Origin: an uncultured Solirubrobacterales bacterium
GTDB lineage: Bacteria > Actinomycetota > Thermoleophilia > Solirubrobacterales > JBBDJG01
DNA length: 64,000 nucleotides
Direction: 5' to 3'
Assembly: GCA_963731895.1 (NCBI GenBank)
Contig: CAVSXO010000007.1
Location: forward strand, 324 to 64,323
Shown here piece after piece: positions 49,371 to 59,370 of this stretch. A model generated the notes under the pieces. It saw only the letters and a program-made list of their open reading frames with translations. It was not told the DNA's origin and did not search any database. The position numbers were made by a program, and so were the translations under genes. Every line of letters starts with the position of its first letter. Positions within the stretch are counted from its first letter, which is position 1.

Positions 49371-50201
49371 TCACCCGCGCAGCGTGTGCTTGAGGCGTTC
49401 GAGCCGATCGTGGAGCTGTGCAAGCCGATCGGCGCGAACAACCGGATCGCTCAGCTGAGGATGCGCGGTTCGGGAAATCCATGAGAGCTGCGCCGTCGCC
49501 ATGGCCTTCTTCACTGTCAGCTTCAGAGTCGACCTCGACGTGGGAAAGATCGGGACGACGCGATGCGGTTGGTAGGAAAGGCCGAGCGAGCTGCACCAGT
49601 CACGCCACTTGAACGCGAGGGTGCCCGCACCTGCGGTCCTGACCGTGATCCACGGAACACCGAGCGAATCCGCCACGATCGCACCATGCATCGCCTCGGT
49701 AACGAGCACTTCGCTGCGACGAATCCCGTCGAGGACTGAGTCCCGCGGTTCCCGTGGGTCTATATACCCGAACCCTAATGCACGACACACCGAGGCCCAG
49801 TGGTCGCTGGCATTACGGTAGTGAGGCATGTAGGAGAACTTGTGAATCGCTGGGGCTGCCTGCTTCGGCAGGAGCGCGGCGAGAAACAGCGCGGGATCGG
49901 TCACGGCATACGAAGGCGATAACCCGAGCGCCTGCGCCGAAAGCGGTCCCCGCACGCAGTAGAACGTCCAGGAGTCGTCCACGCGCGGGACGCCCGATCC
50001 AAACCCGACTCCGGCCCCAAACACGAGCGTCCGGCGCGCGCGGGGAAACCGTTCGTTCAACAGCGTGCCGATGCCGGCGAGGACAGTGTCGCTCTCGCTG
50101 ACCACGTAGTCACCGAGCAGCTTCCGCCACATCCACGGGTTGAGCTCGTCACCAAAATTCGGGACGCCGTCAGCGCTCTTGAAGTAGTACAGCTTCAGCA
50201 C
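49371..50201 (-). CDS. polysaccharide pyruvyl transferase (ExoV-like)
   Basis: MLKLYYF...GVPNFGDELNPWMWRKLL and EAMHGAIVADSLGVPWI resemble the ExoV/pyruvyl-transferase family. The frame is intact. Confidence 0.65.
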   Translation of the reverse strand: MLKLYYFKSADGVPNFGDELNPWMWRKLLGDYVVSESDTVLAGIGTLLNERFPRARRTLVFGAGVGFGSGVPRVDDSWTFYCVRGPLSAQALGLSPSYAVTDPALFLAALLPKQAAPAIHKFSYMPHYRNASDHWASVCRALGFGYIDPREPRDSVLDGIRRSEVLVTEAMHGAIVADSLGVPWITVRTAGAGTLAFKWRDWCSSLGLSYQPHRVVPIFPTSRSTLKLTVKKAMATAQLSWISRTAHPQLSDPVVRADRLAQLHDRLERLKHTLRG

Positions 50202-51728
50202 GGCTCTCTTGCCTCGTTGCGGAGGACCTGACCAGGCTCACGACGTCGGCACATACCCGCCGCCCGGACGGAAGGCCCAGAAGCACGCCTCCTGCCGCCA
50301 GCAGCGCAACGCCGGTCGATAGCGCCAGCAATCGCACGCCCTCGACCGGTACAGCGAACGACAGCGCGCTGCACGCGATGAAGATCGCCACGGCTGCCAG
50401 GAATCCCGGGCGAATCGCCGCGAGCACGTCGGTGACGCGCACGGGTCCGCGTCGGCCCACCAGCCATGCCAGCAGCGGTGCCCGCACGAACAACTCGCAT
50501 GCCGCATACGCCATCGCCACGGCAATCACGCCGTGGGATATGCCCGCCACGATGGCTGCACACGACAGTCCGGAACCGACAATGCTCCACAAGCGGAGAT
50601 CGGCGCGCCGGCCCTGGCTCACGAGCATCCAGATAAATGTCGCAGAGACTGGCTGCACCATACCGGCGATCGCCAGCGGCATGAACACCGGCGCAACCTC
50701 ATGCCACTTAGGTCCGAGCAGGAGGTCGACGACCGGCCCGGCATTGACGAACAGGAACGTCGTCATCGGCATGCAGACGACGGCGATCTTTTCAAGGAGG
50801 CGCGTGTACGCCTGCCGGTAGCGCTCGTCTTCACCATTCAGCCGGCTGAGAGCCGAGATGGCGACGCTCGAGAGCGGACTCGTCACCTGCTGGAGTGGAA
50901 GGAGGAGGAGCTGGTATGCCCTGCTATAGAGCCCCAGTTGCGCAGCGCCCCAGAAACGCCCGATCAGGAAGTTGTCCAGATTGCGGGCCCAGTAGGTCAG
51001 CACGTTGAACTGCGTCAGGTCCCGTCCGAGCGCGACCATCTCGCCAATCTTGGCGTCGAACCTCGGCCGGGTCGGTCGCCAGTTCACCCTGTGCCACACG
51101 AGGACAAGGCTCACGATTTCGGTGACCATGTATCCGCCGACAAGGGCCATGGGCCAGCGCCCTGACTCGCAAACACGATGGCGGCCGCCGTGCCCACGGC
51201 CAGCGCGGATATCTCAATCCAGGCAGTCGTCCCGAATTTCATCTCGCGGCGCAGTAAGGCATGGTGCTGAACACTGAGCCCGCCGATGAGAAATGTCACC
51301 GACAAGGCCGCGATCAGCGGCGTGACTCGAGGCTCGTCATACACCATCGCCATGAGAGGAGCGGCAGCAACGGCGACGATCAGGGCGGCGGCGCCAAAGC
51401 CCACGTTCAGCCAGAACAGTCCGTTCAACTCGGCATGCGTAAGCTGCGGAGCCTGAATGGTCGCCGTCGCCAGGCCGAGCGACTTGAACAATCCGATGAA
51501 CCCAGTCACCACCGCCACCATCGCGACCAGTCCATACGCATCAGGCGTCAGGAGCCGTGCGAGGACGATGGTCGAGATCAGCCGGAGGGCAAGTTGCGTG
51601 GCCTGCGCAACCAGACTGATCCAGCTCCCGCGGAAGACCTGGGCACCAAGCGCCTCGTGGCGAACCGAACGCGGCGCGGCACTGGCATCAAGCGCAATCG
51701 CCGCCGCGGAGGCTCCCCTGTCCGTCAT
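50170..51728 (-). CDS. wzx: polysaccharide flippase (PST/Wzx family); one frame break
   Basis: It is a multi-TM protein. The N-terminal half lies in ORF 51111..51728 (RLLTPDAYGLVAMVAVVTGFIGLF...). A break lies at ~51,150 (GPW|ALVGGYMVTEIV). The rest lies in ORF 50170..51150. It overlaps the downstream start by 32 nt. Confidence 0.7.
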
Positions 51729-52902
51729 TGCGCCGCGCCCGATTGAAGACGCGTCTGCAGAATCGATATCACCCTGCCCGCCAGAGTCGACCAGTCATGG
51801 CGGCTGGCGATGGCCCGCCGCGCATCCCTGGCACATCCGTCGGCACGTGTCATCAGCGCTCGCGTAATGGCGTCGGACCATTCATCGGCCTCGCCGGCGA
51901 ACGTCACGACGTCGGCAAACTCCCGGAGATTCGGCAGCGGAGACGCGACGACGGGATTGCCGGAGGCGAGATATTCGTGCACCTTCACCGGGTAGATGTA
52001 GTGCGTGTACTGTTGATCTCGTACGGCATCAGGCACACGTCGAAGTGCTGGACGTAACTGTGTAGCTCGGCCGTCGGCCGGCCGCCCAGGATGTAGACGT
52101 TCGGCAGATGCCGCAGGCGCGCGACGCTGTCCGCGACTTCGGGCTGACGCTGCTGGTCGCCGACGAACACAAACGACCATGCGGGATGTCGCTCGGCCAG
52201 TGCCTGCAGCAACGGCCAGTTGATCTGCGGCTTCAGCCACCCTGAGTACCCGATCCGCGGCCGCGGGATGGCGCGCAGGTCGTCAGGCTCCGGCGCACTC
52301 TGCGAGTACCGTGCGTAATCAACCCCATTCGGAATGTGTGACGTGTGAGGGTTGATGCCTCCCTTTGCCTGAAGCATGGTTTCCGAGTGGATGAACACTT
52401 GCCCGACCTGGCTCAATAGTCGAAGCTCTAAGGGCGAGCTGGGCACATCCGACGTTGAAAAGGAATATTCGTCGTCGATGTGATAGCAGGACAGGTGGTG
52501 GCGCACCAGGCGAAGGGCCGAGGCAAACTCCGGTCTCCACAGGTAGAGCACGATGTGCCTGGCGCCCGCGCGAATCAACGACTGACGCGCCGTCCTCAAC
52601 CTCAATGCCAGGGTCATATCGTTCAGCCGGGGCTGGCCATGGAAACGTGGAAGCCAGAGAGGCGCATCACAAATCCGCAGTCGCGGGTCGTGTGGAGCGT
52701 CTGAGTTGTCGAAGCGCCGATCGCCGTTCGAGCGAAGAATGCTGCGCCAGTGATGTGCGGGGTTCATCCAGGCCACGTTGCACTGCTGCGCAACGCGCGA
52801 CAGGAGGTGATGGCGAGCCTGCCACCTGTTGCCCCAGTGATCGGGAACAAGGGCGATGATGCCCACTGACGAGACGTCAATCCCTGACATCGGCGCCGCC
52901 AC
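51725..52902 (-). CDS. glycosyltransferase (GT-B fold, GT4-like); one frame break
   Basis: ORF 51985..52902 carries the N-terminal and middle parts (IGYSGWLKPQINWPLLQALAERHPAWSFVFVG...FDVCLMPYEIN). A break lies at ~52,010. The sequence YTHYIYPVKVHEYLASGNPVVASPLPNLREF follows in the frame of ORF 51725..52240. Confidence 0.6.
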
Positions 52903-52908
52903 AGGGCC

Positions 52909-54216
52909 TCACCTGCCTCTCGGCTGTTGGGACGCGAGGTTCAGGTCCGCCCGGGTGCCCTCCGGGACGACCCCGGTGACCGCGGATGGCGAGACACGAT
53001 CGAGGATGGCCGCGAGGGAGGCCGTTAACCGCTCGCGGCTGAAGGTTTCGACGAACGCGCTGCTGACGAGCGGCTCACACGAGTCAGCCACCGCTCGCGC
53101 TTCCCGCAATGCGCTCGTGACCGCATTGACATCGCGAGAGGTGACGACCCATGCCTTCGTCGCAAAGTGCCGGATGATGTCCGCGTTGTCGCCCGGGGGA
53201 ACCTCTGCCAGCACCGGAAGGCCCGTCGCCAGATACTCGTAGGTCTTCGACGCGACGGCGACGTACTCAGTGATGCCGTCCTCCCAGCCCTGGACGAGGT
53301 AGAGGAGGGAGGCAGTCCGCATCAGCTCCAAGGCCTCGGCATGCGGAATTCTTTCGATATGCCGGATGCGAACCCGATCGGCGTAACGCTGGAGAACCTC
53401 TGACGACGGACCGATATGAACGAACTCGATCTCGGGATCGTTCAGCGCGCAGAGTGCTTCCAGCAGGCGCGCGGGCGTACGCGAGCGATAGAAATCGCCA
53501 ACGTGCATGATGGTGAACCGATCGCGTCGAAGCGATGGTGACGCAACATTCAACTCGTCGAAGCCGTTGGGAACGCACGTCATCTTGTGCGCGTACTCCG
53601 GGTATCGATCTCGGTAGAGCCGTTCGGCCCCCGTCGTATTCAAGATTAGCGCATCGCAGGTTCGGAGAACCCAGCGTTCGAGCCGCCTCAGGATCCTCCG
53701 CTGAAGAGGACCATGATGTGAGTGCTGGTTGAGTGCCCAGGGATCGCGGAAATCGAGCACCAGTGGCCGGCCGGTTGCGAGCTTGATCAGGCAGCCGCTC
53801 ACTGCCGAGCTGAATGGCGAACAGCTCACGTAAACGCAGTCACTCGTCCGAGCCAGCAGCACGCCACGGATAGTGCTGAGCCAGGCGATCTGCACGTCCG
53901 GGAGGCACCAGGTGTAGAGGGCGCTCGGGCGCCGCGGGAGACGGAACAGATCGCGGAGCCGGTTGATTACGCCCGTCAGCAGCGTCAGGACGCCCAGCAG
54001 GTTCCATTCGTAAGACCGCACCACCTGCACGTGCTCAGGCACCTGCTCGCAACGAGGCTCCCAGCGGATGCGCGAGTTGCCAACTGTCAGCACAACCGGC
54101 AACCAGCCGAACTCGCCGAGCCATCGCGTGAAGCCGACGCTCCGGTGCGTACCCGCCGACGAGAGCGGCGGGTAGTAATAGCAGAGCATCAGCACCCGCT
54201 TGCGGCCGGATTCCAT
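52909..54216 (-). CDS. GT4-family glycosyltransferase
   Basis: Intact 435-aa ORF. The N-terminus reads RVLMLCYYYPPLSSAGTHRSVGFTRWL, and the C-terminal half is typical of GT-B enzymes (...YEYLATGLPVLAEVPPGD). Confidence 0.7.
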   Translation of the reverse strand: MESGRKRVLMLCYYYPPLSSAGTHRSVGFTRWLGEFGWLPVVLTVGNSRIRWEPRCEQVPEHVQVVRSYEWNLLGVLTLLTGVINRLRDLFRLPRRPSALYTWCLPDVQIAWLSTIRGVLLARTSDCVYVSCSPFSSAVSGCLIKLATGRPLVLDFRDPWALNQHSHHGPLQRRILRRLERWVLRTCDALILNTTGAERLYRDRYPEYAHKMTCVPNGFDELNVASPSLRRDRFTIMHVGDFYRSRTPARLLEALCALNDPEIEFVHIGPSSEVLQRYADRVRIRHIERIPHAEALELMRTASLLYLVQGWEDGITEYVAVASKTYEYLATGLPVLAEVPPGDNADIIRHFATKAWVVTSRDVNAVTSALREARAVADSCEPLVSSAFVETFSRERLTASLAAILDRVSPSAVTGVVPEGTRADLNLASQQPRGR

Positions 54217-54217
54217 C

Positions 54218-55522
54218 TCACCACGCTCCCATCGTCAGCACCATTGCGTAGACAACGCCGAGCGTGACCATCGTGACGGCAACGGCTCTGAAGGCTGGCG
54301 CAATCAGCGGGGGGAGCGTTCCGCCTGCCGGGGCAGGGACGAGCCTGTCGATTGATCCGGCGAGCGCCAGCAGGATGAACGGCACGGCGACGTATTGCCG
54401 CGAGAGGAACCACCCGCACATCACCATCCCGGCGGCCGACGCAACCATGGCGTTCATCCAGGACGGCGACAGGGCCGGCCCCAATGAGGCGGCTGCCTTC
54501 CGCGCTCGATGGAGAATGCGGAACAGGGTGTCGTACATCGCAATGAACACGAACGCTCCAACGAGTCCGAGCTCTGCGGCGGTCTGGACAAAGGAGTTGT
54601 GCGCAACCTTCTGATGGAACTCCGTGAAACGGCTGTAGCCGACGCCGAAGACCGGCTTCGACTTCAGCATCATCAGACCCTGGCCCCAGGCCTCGATCCG
54701 GCTCTGCGCCGAGTTTTCCTGGGAGTCCATGGCCTGCACCCGCGCCGGTCCCAGGAGAATCACCGCGCCAACCGCCACTGCCCCGAATGTGAGCGCCGGG
54801 ATCATCTTGAATCGGCGCAGGGCGAAGACAATGGCCACCGCGCACAGGCCGAGCATCGCGCCCCTCGAGCTCGTGTAGACGATGGCGGTCAAAATGGGCG
54901 CCGAGAGTAGAGTGGCGAACACGCGCTGCCAGAGCGGTCGATCGCGCTCGAACACGACCCACATGAGCAGCGGAACGGCCATGACCAGTGTCATGCCGAG
55001 ATCGTTCGGGTCGTTGAAGATGCCCGTGCCCCGGATCCGGTTTTCGAGTCCGACGGTGGTGACGTTCCCGATGCCAACCCCGGTGTGGTACTGAACGATG
55101 CCGTTGATCGCGAGCAGCACGTTGAGCGCCACGAACACGTGCACGAATCCACGCAGCCGTTCCGGCGTGTCGATGGCGACGCGCACCAGCAGGTAGAAGA
55201 AGACAACCGGGGCAAAATCGACGAATCCCTTGTAGGCTCCTCCGAGCCATCCCCACGCGGCGTTCGACACCACGATCGCTATCCAGAACAGCAGGACGTA
55301 GCCGTCCATCGCCGCCACCTTCAGCCGTCCCGGGCGGACAAAGAGCGTCCCGACCATGATCAGCGTCGAGGCGACCGTCAGCCAGTCGACGAGCGGAATG
55401 CCCTCCAGGCTCGGCATGATCTCCGCCGGCCGGATGTAGAGCACCGAAAGGTAGAGAACCGCCGCCAGGTACAACACGGTCTTATGCGGTGGCCCCTGCT
55501 GGAGGAGCCCCCGTCCATTCAT
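54218..55522 (-). CDS. O-antigen-ligase/Wzy-like polymerase (exosortase-locus type)
   Basis: ATG at 55522 (MNGRGLL...) inside ORF 54218..55639. It has at least 10 hydrophobic segments. The Wzy_C-type loop reads VYTSSRGAMLGL...AQSRIEAWGQGLMMLKSKPVFGVGYSRF...AHNSFVQTAAELG. Confidence 0.7.
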   Translation of the reverse strand: MNGRGLLQQGPPHKTVLYLAAVLYLSVLYIRPAEIMPSLEGIPLVDWLTVASTLIMVGTLFVRPGRLKVAAMDGYVLLFWIAIVVSNAAWGWLGGAYKGFVDFAPVVFFYLLVRVAIDTPERLRGFVHVFVALNVLLAINGIVQYHTGVGIGNVTTVGLENRIRGTGIFNDPNDLGMTLVMAVPLLMWVVFERDRPLWQRVFATLLSAPILTAIVYTSSRGAMLGLCAVAIVFALRRFKMIPALTFGAVAVGAVILLGPARVQAMDSQENSAQSRIEAWGQGLMMLKSKPVFGVGYSRFTEFHQKVAHNSFVQTAAELGLVGAFVFIAMYDTLFRILHRARKAAASLGPALSPSWMNAMVASAAGMVMCGWFLSRQYVAVPFILLALAGSIDRLVPAPAGGTLPPLIAPAFRAVAVTMVTLGVVYAMVLTMGAW

Positions 55523-56901
55523 CGATCGAGGGCCACATGTATTGCGGACGCGGCACGCCGAAATGTTGGAGGATGGTTGGAGCGACAGTCGCCAGTGGAA
55601 CGTGCGTGGAATGCACGGCATGCTTGCGGTTCGCCGCACGAATCCACAGCATCCCGTCGGGATGGTGCATGCCGCTCTTCACTCCGTCGACCTGATAGAA
55701 CACGTCGAAGAACGGGATCTCGGCGTTGGAGTCGTCGATCATCAACTTGGCATCACGCGAGAGTCGCTCGTAGACGCGGCACCCCATGAACAGGCCGAGG
55801 CCGTTTCGTTCGACGGACACCGCCTGCCGGGACATGTGGCTCACGCGAGCCAGACGCGCTGCGGCATGGTCGGCGGCTTCGTTGGTCTTGAAGTACAGGT
55901 GGAACTGATGCGCCATCACCGGTGAGACCGTGTACGAGTCGGTGATACCGGCAAACGATGTGAGCCGGCCCACATCCGTCGGGCGGTAGAAGAATTTCCC
56001 GCCCTGTTCCTCGAACATGAGACACGGTTGCTGACTGAGCGCCGTGGCCATGACGATTGTCGTATCGGGATCGGCCAGCGCATAGACACGCGCGATCAAC
56101 TCGTCCATCTGCCGATAGCCGTACGCGATGGCGTCACGATACGTGCGCCGCTGGGCTTCGGTCGGTTGCACGGTAAAGACGTCCGGGTCCATCTCGCGCC
56201 AGTACAGATGTTGATAGTGCGCGGTGCTGTTCAGGAAGAACGTGGCGAACTGCGGCCGAATCTTCCGGTAGTACCACGCGAACACGTCGAACTGCAGCTT
56301 GTCGAGCAGAGCCGCACGCTTCCACCTCGCCGAGCCGGCACGTTCTTCCGCCAGCTGCTTCGCAATCGCGACGATGCTGTGGCGGGAGAGTCCGTGCGAC
56401 GCCATGAAGCCCGCAAATCGAAGGAGGTCGCGCGCGCCGGACGAGGCCTGCGCGCTGGTGTGCTCCATCACCTGCCGCTGAACAAAAGAAAAGTAGGGCT
56501 CGAGCGCTGCCGGTTGCGGCCGGACCTTCGTCGTCCAGGGATCGGGCATGACGCAGCCGTCTGGCAACTGAGCGTCGCCGACGTTCATACTGCCGCAGAT
56601 CCACGATCTTTGCCCCGACGCGGTGAGCAGATCCCACACCCTCGGGACCTGCAGCGTGTGTCCTTCGTTCAGTCGCTGCAGACCGTGGTCGCTGAAATTC
56701 AGGCCGGTATGTACGGTGACCCACTGAATCCAGGGATCGAGGTGGGGCGGGCGTTCCGACGCGGTGGTCGTGTAGATTTCTGACTCGCGGTACAGCCGCG
56801 AAAAGTTCGGTAGTGCTGCCGTCGCCCATGAACCGCTGAATGAGCGAGGGCGTGAGCTCGTTGAGCTCCAGGACGATCATGCGGGCTTTTGTCGCCGACA
56901 T
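55482..56901 (-). CDS. alkaline-phosphatase-superfamily protein (phosphodiesterase/sulfatase-like); one frame break
   Basis: MSATKARMIVLELNELTPSLIQRFMGDG precedes a break at ~56,815. LPNFSRLYRESEIYTTTASERPPHLDPWIQWVTVHTG... and ORF 55482..56639 follow. The C-terminal KSGMHHPDGMLWI is typical of the family. It has no TM segment. It overlaps the Wzy-like start by 41 nt. Confidence 0.45.
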
Positions 56902-56926
56902 CGTTGTGTCACACGAGCTTGTCGCC

Positions 56927-58063
56927 TTAGGCGACCGCTGCGTGCGCCTCCCCTTCGGTCAGACCGTCGGCCTGAGCCGGAACGTGTAAAAGGACGTCCA
57001 GAATGCGTTCGGCGGCACGGCCGTCCCACAAATACGGCACTCGACCGGCTGGACCGTCTCCGGCCAGCACCCTCTCGACCGCCTCTGCGATACGTGCCGG
57101 AACGACGCCCACCAGCTGGTTGGTGCCATGCGTAATCGTCACCGGCCGCTCTGTGTTCTCCCGAAACGTCAGGCATGGAACGCCCAGCGCCGTCGTCTCT
57201 TCCTGGATGCCCCCCGAGTCAGTGAACACGAGGCGCGCCTGGTTCATCAACGCGAGAAAGTCGAGGTAGCCCTTCGGTCCGGTGATGATCAGTCGATCGA
57301 TGGACGCCAATCCGTCGAACAGGCCGAACTCCTCCAGGCGCCCCTTCGACCGCGGATGAAGCGGCACGACGGTCATCATTCGCGTCGCGATTTCCCGCAG
57401 CGCCGCGATCGTGTTCAAGGCTGCGTCGCGCGTGTCGACGTTGCTCGGCCGGTGCAACGTGCACAGTGCGTACTCGCCTGGTACCAATCCCAGTTCGGCA
57501 AGCACGGGCCGGCCCTGCGCCCGCTGACGGTGTCGAAGGAGGGTGTCGATCATCACGTTGCCGACGAAATGAATTCGCGACAACGGGATTCCCTCGGCGA
57601 CGAGATTCTCTGCGGCTGATTCTTCCGTCGTGAACAGCCAATCGGCGAGGTGATCGGTCAGGACACGATTGATCTCTTCAGGCATGCGACGGTCGCCGCT
57701 CCGAAGGCCGGCTTCCACGTGGGCGACGGCGATGTTCCGCTTCGCGGCGACCAGCGCGCAGGCGATGGTCGAATTGACATCTCCGACCACGACCACCGCG
57801 TCGGTCGGATGCCGGGCAACATCTTCATCGAACGCCGCCATCACCCGTGCCGTCTGCGCCGCGTGCGTCCCGGAACCGACGCCAAGGTGAGCGTCGGGCC
57901 TGGGCAGGTCCAGCTCCTCAAAAAAGCGGTCCGACATATCCGCGTCGTAGTGCTGGCCGGTGTGCACCAATCGACACGACACACCTGCATGCCTTGCGGC
58001 TATCAGCAGCGGAGCCACCTTCATGAAATTCGGTCGGGCTCCCGCGACCAGGGTCAGCTGCAT
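56927..58063 (-). CDS. wecB: UDP-N-acetylglucosamine 2-epimerase (non-hydrolysing)
   Basis: Conserved blocks are GARPNFMKVAPL, HTGQHYD, VVGDVNSTIA, HVEAGLRSGDRRMPEEINR and DSGGIQEETTALGVPCLTFRENTERP. The ORF is an intact 378 aa. Confidence 0.9.
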   Translation of the reverse strand: MQLTLVAGARPNFMKVAPLLIAARHAGVSCRLVHTGQHYDADMSDRFFEELDLPRPDAHLGVGSGTHAAQTARVMAAFDEDVARHPTDAVVVVGDVNSTIACALVAAKRNIAVAHVEAGLRSGDRRMPEEINRVLTDHLADWLFTTEESAAENLVAEGIPLSRIHFVGNVMIDTLLRHRQRAQGRPVLAELGLVPGEYALCTLHRPSNVDTRDAALNTIAALREIATRMMTVVPLHPRSKGRLEEFGLFDGLASIDRLIITGPKGYLDFLALMNQARLVFTDSGGIQEETTALGVPCLTFRENTERPVTITHGTNQLVGVVPARIAEAVERVLAGDGPAGRVPYLWDGRAAERILDVLLHVPAQADGLTEGEAHAAVA

Positions 58064-58080
58064 CGTCTCTCCTCAGAAGC

Positions 58081-59370
58081 TCATTGCACGGCGGTTGCCA
58101 TCCGCTCAGCCGACGCCGGCTCCGGGAACGAGGTGAGCTCCACGAGCGGCGCATAGATGTCAGTGTAGCGGGCAACGAGTGTTGGCCATTTGCGGTGTTC
58201 CAGTACCCACGAGCGAGCACGCTCCCCGAGTTCCTTCCGAAGACTCGGATCCTCGAGCAGGCGCAGGCACACCCTCGCCAGGGCATCGGCGTCGCCCGCC
58301 GGAAATGTCGCACCCGTTTCGCCGTCACGAACCAGCTCACGCATGCCAGGGACGTCGCTGATGACGAGCGCCCGTCCCATCGCCATGGCTTCGAGCGGTT
58401 TGAGCGGCGTGGTGAGCTCTGTCGTGCGGGTCAGCAGCCTTGGGCACACGATGATGTCAGCCAACGCATAGGCGCCCTTGACCATCGCGTGGGGGACGCG
58501 GCCGGTGAACGTGACGTGTGACCCGAGATTGAGGCGGGAGACCGTTGCCTGTAGCGACGTTTCGACGGCCGTGCTCTCGCCTGCCGAGCCGCCGACGATC
58601 AGCAGGTGTGTGTTCGCCGCGCGCGCGAGAATTCCCGGCAGAGCTCGAATCAGGAGGTCCAACCCCTCGTACGGCTGAAACGTCCCCACGTAGGCAATGA
58701 CCTGCTTGCGCTCGAGACCCCACTGCCTGCGAATATCGTCCAGCCCATCAACCGTTGCAGGATCGAACACGCCCGTGTCGACGCCATTGCTGACCACGAA
58801 CACGCGCTTCGGATCCGAGACGCGGGCTGCAACATCTGCTCTGAGAGCGTCGCAGATGGTCACGACGGCATCGGCCCGCCTCAGGACGTAGGTTTCCAGG
58901 CCGCGAGCGAGGCGATAGAGGGGCGAGTTGTATCCGAACTTCCCACGGTCGACCGACGCGTTCTCCCAGAGGTCGCGTATTTCGTAGACCAACGGAAGGC
59001 CGTGATTACGCGCTGCCAGAAGCGCCGGCAACCCGACGAGGACGGGCGAATGTGCGTGCACGAGATGGGGCCGCACCTGGCCGATCACCTGCTCGATGCG
59101 CTGCTGCAGTCGGCGCATCAGCGCGCGTTCGCGCAGGATTGGCAGTGAAGGCTCGGTCGATGCCCCCGTCCGGAAATGGGGCGTGCCATCGATGTGATCG
59201 ACACGTCCCTCGATCGAGTCGGGCTGTCGCGAGGAGGTCACGACAATCGGATCGAGTCCTCGACTCCGTTGGTGGCTGACAATCGCGCCGCTGCGAATGC
59301 TGTAGCCGCACAGCAGCGGCAGCGAATTGTGCAGGACGTGGAGGACTCGCACCGGCGATTCCATGCTCAC
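58081..59370 (-). CDS. GT4-family glycosyltransferase (PEP-CTERM/exosortase-associated subtype)
   Basis: Conserved blocks are VRVLHVLHNSLPLLCGYSIRS, YEIRDLWENASVDRG and LKPLEAMAMGRALVISDVPGMRELV. The ORF is an intact 429 aa. Confidence 0.75.
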   Translation of the reverse strand: MSMESPVRVLHVLHNSLPLLCGYSIRSGAIVSHQRSRGLDPIVVTSSRQPDSIEGRVDHIDGTPHFRTGASTEPSLPILRERALMRRLQQRIEQVIGQVRPHLVHAHSPVLVGLPALLAARNHGLPLVYEIRDLWENASVDRGKFGYNSPLYRLARGLETYVLRRADAVVTICDALRADVAARVSDPKRVFVVSNGVDTGVFDPATVDGLDDIRRQWGLERKQVIAYVGTFQPYEGLDLLIRALPGILARAANTHLLIVGGSAGESTAVETSLQATVSRLNLGSHVTFTGRVPHAMVKGAYALADIIVCPRLLTRTTELTTPLKPLEAMAMGRALVISDVPGMRELVRDGETGATFPAGDADALARVCLRLLEDPSLRKELGERARSWVLEHRKWPTLVARYTDIYAPLVELTSFPEPASAERMATAVQ

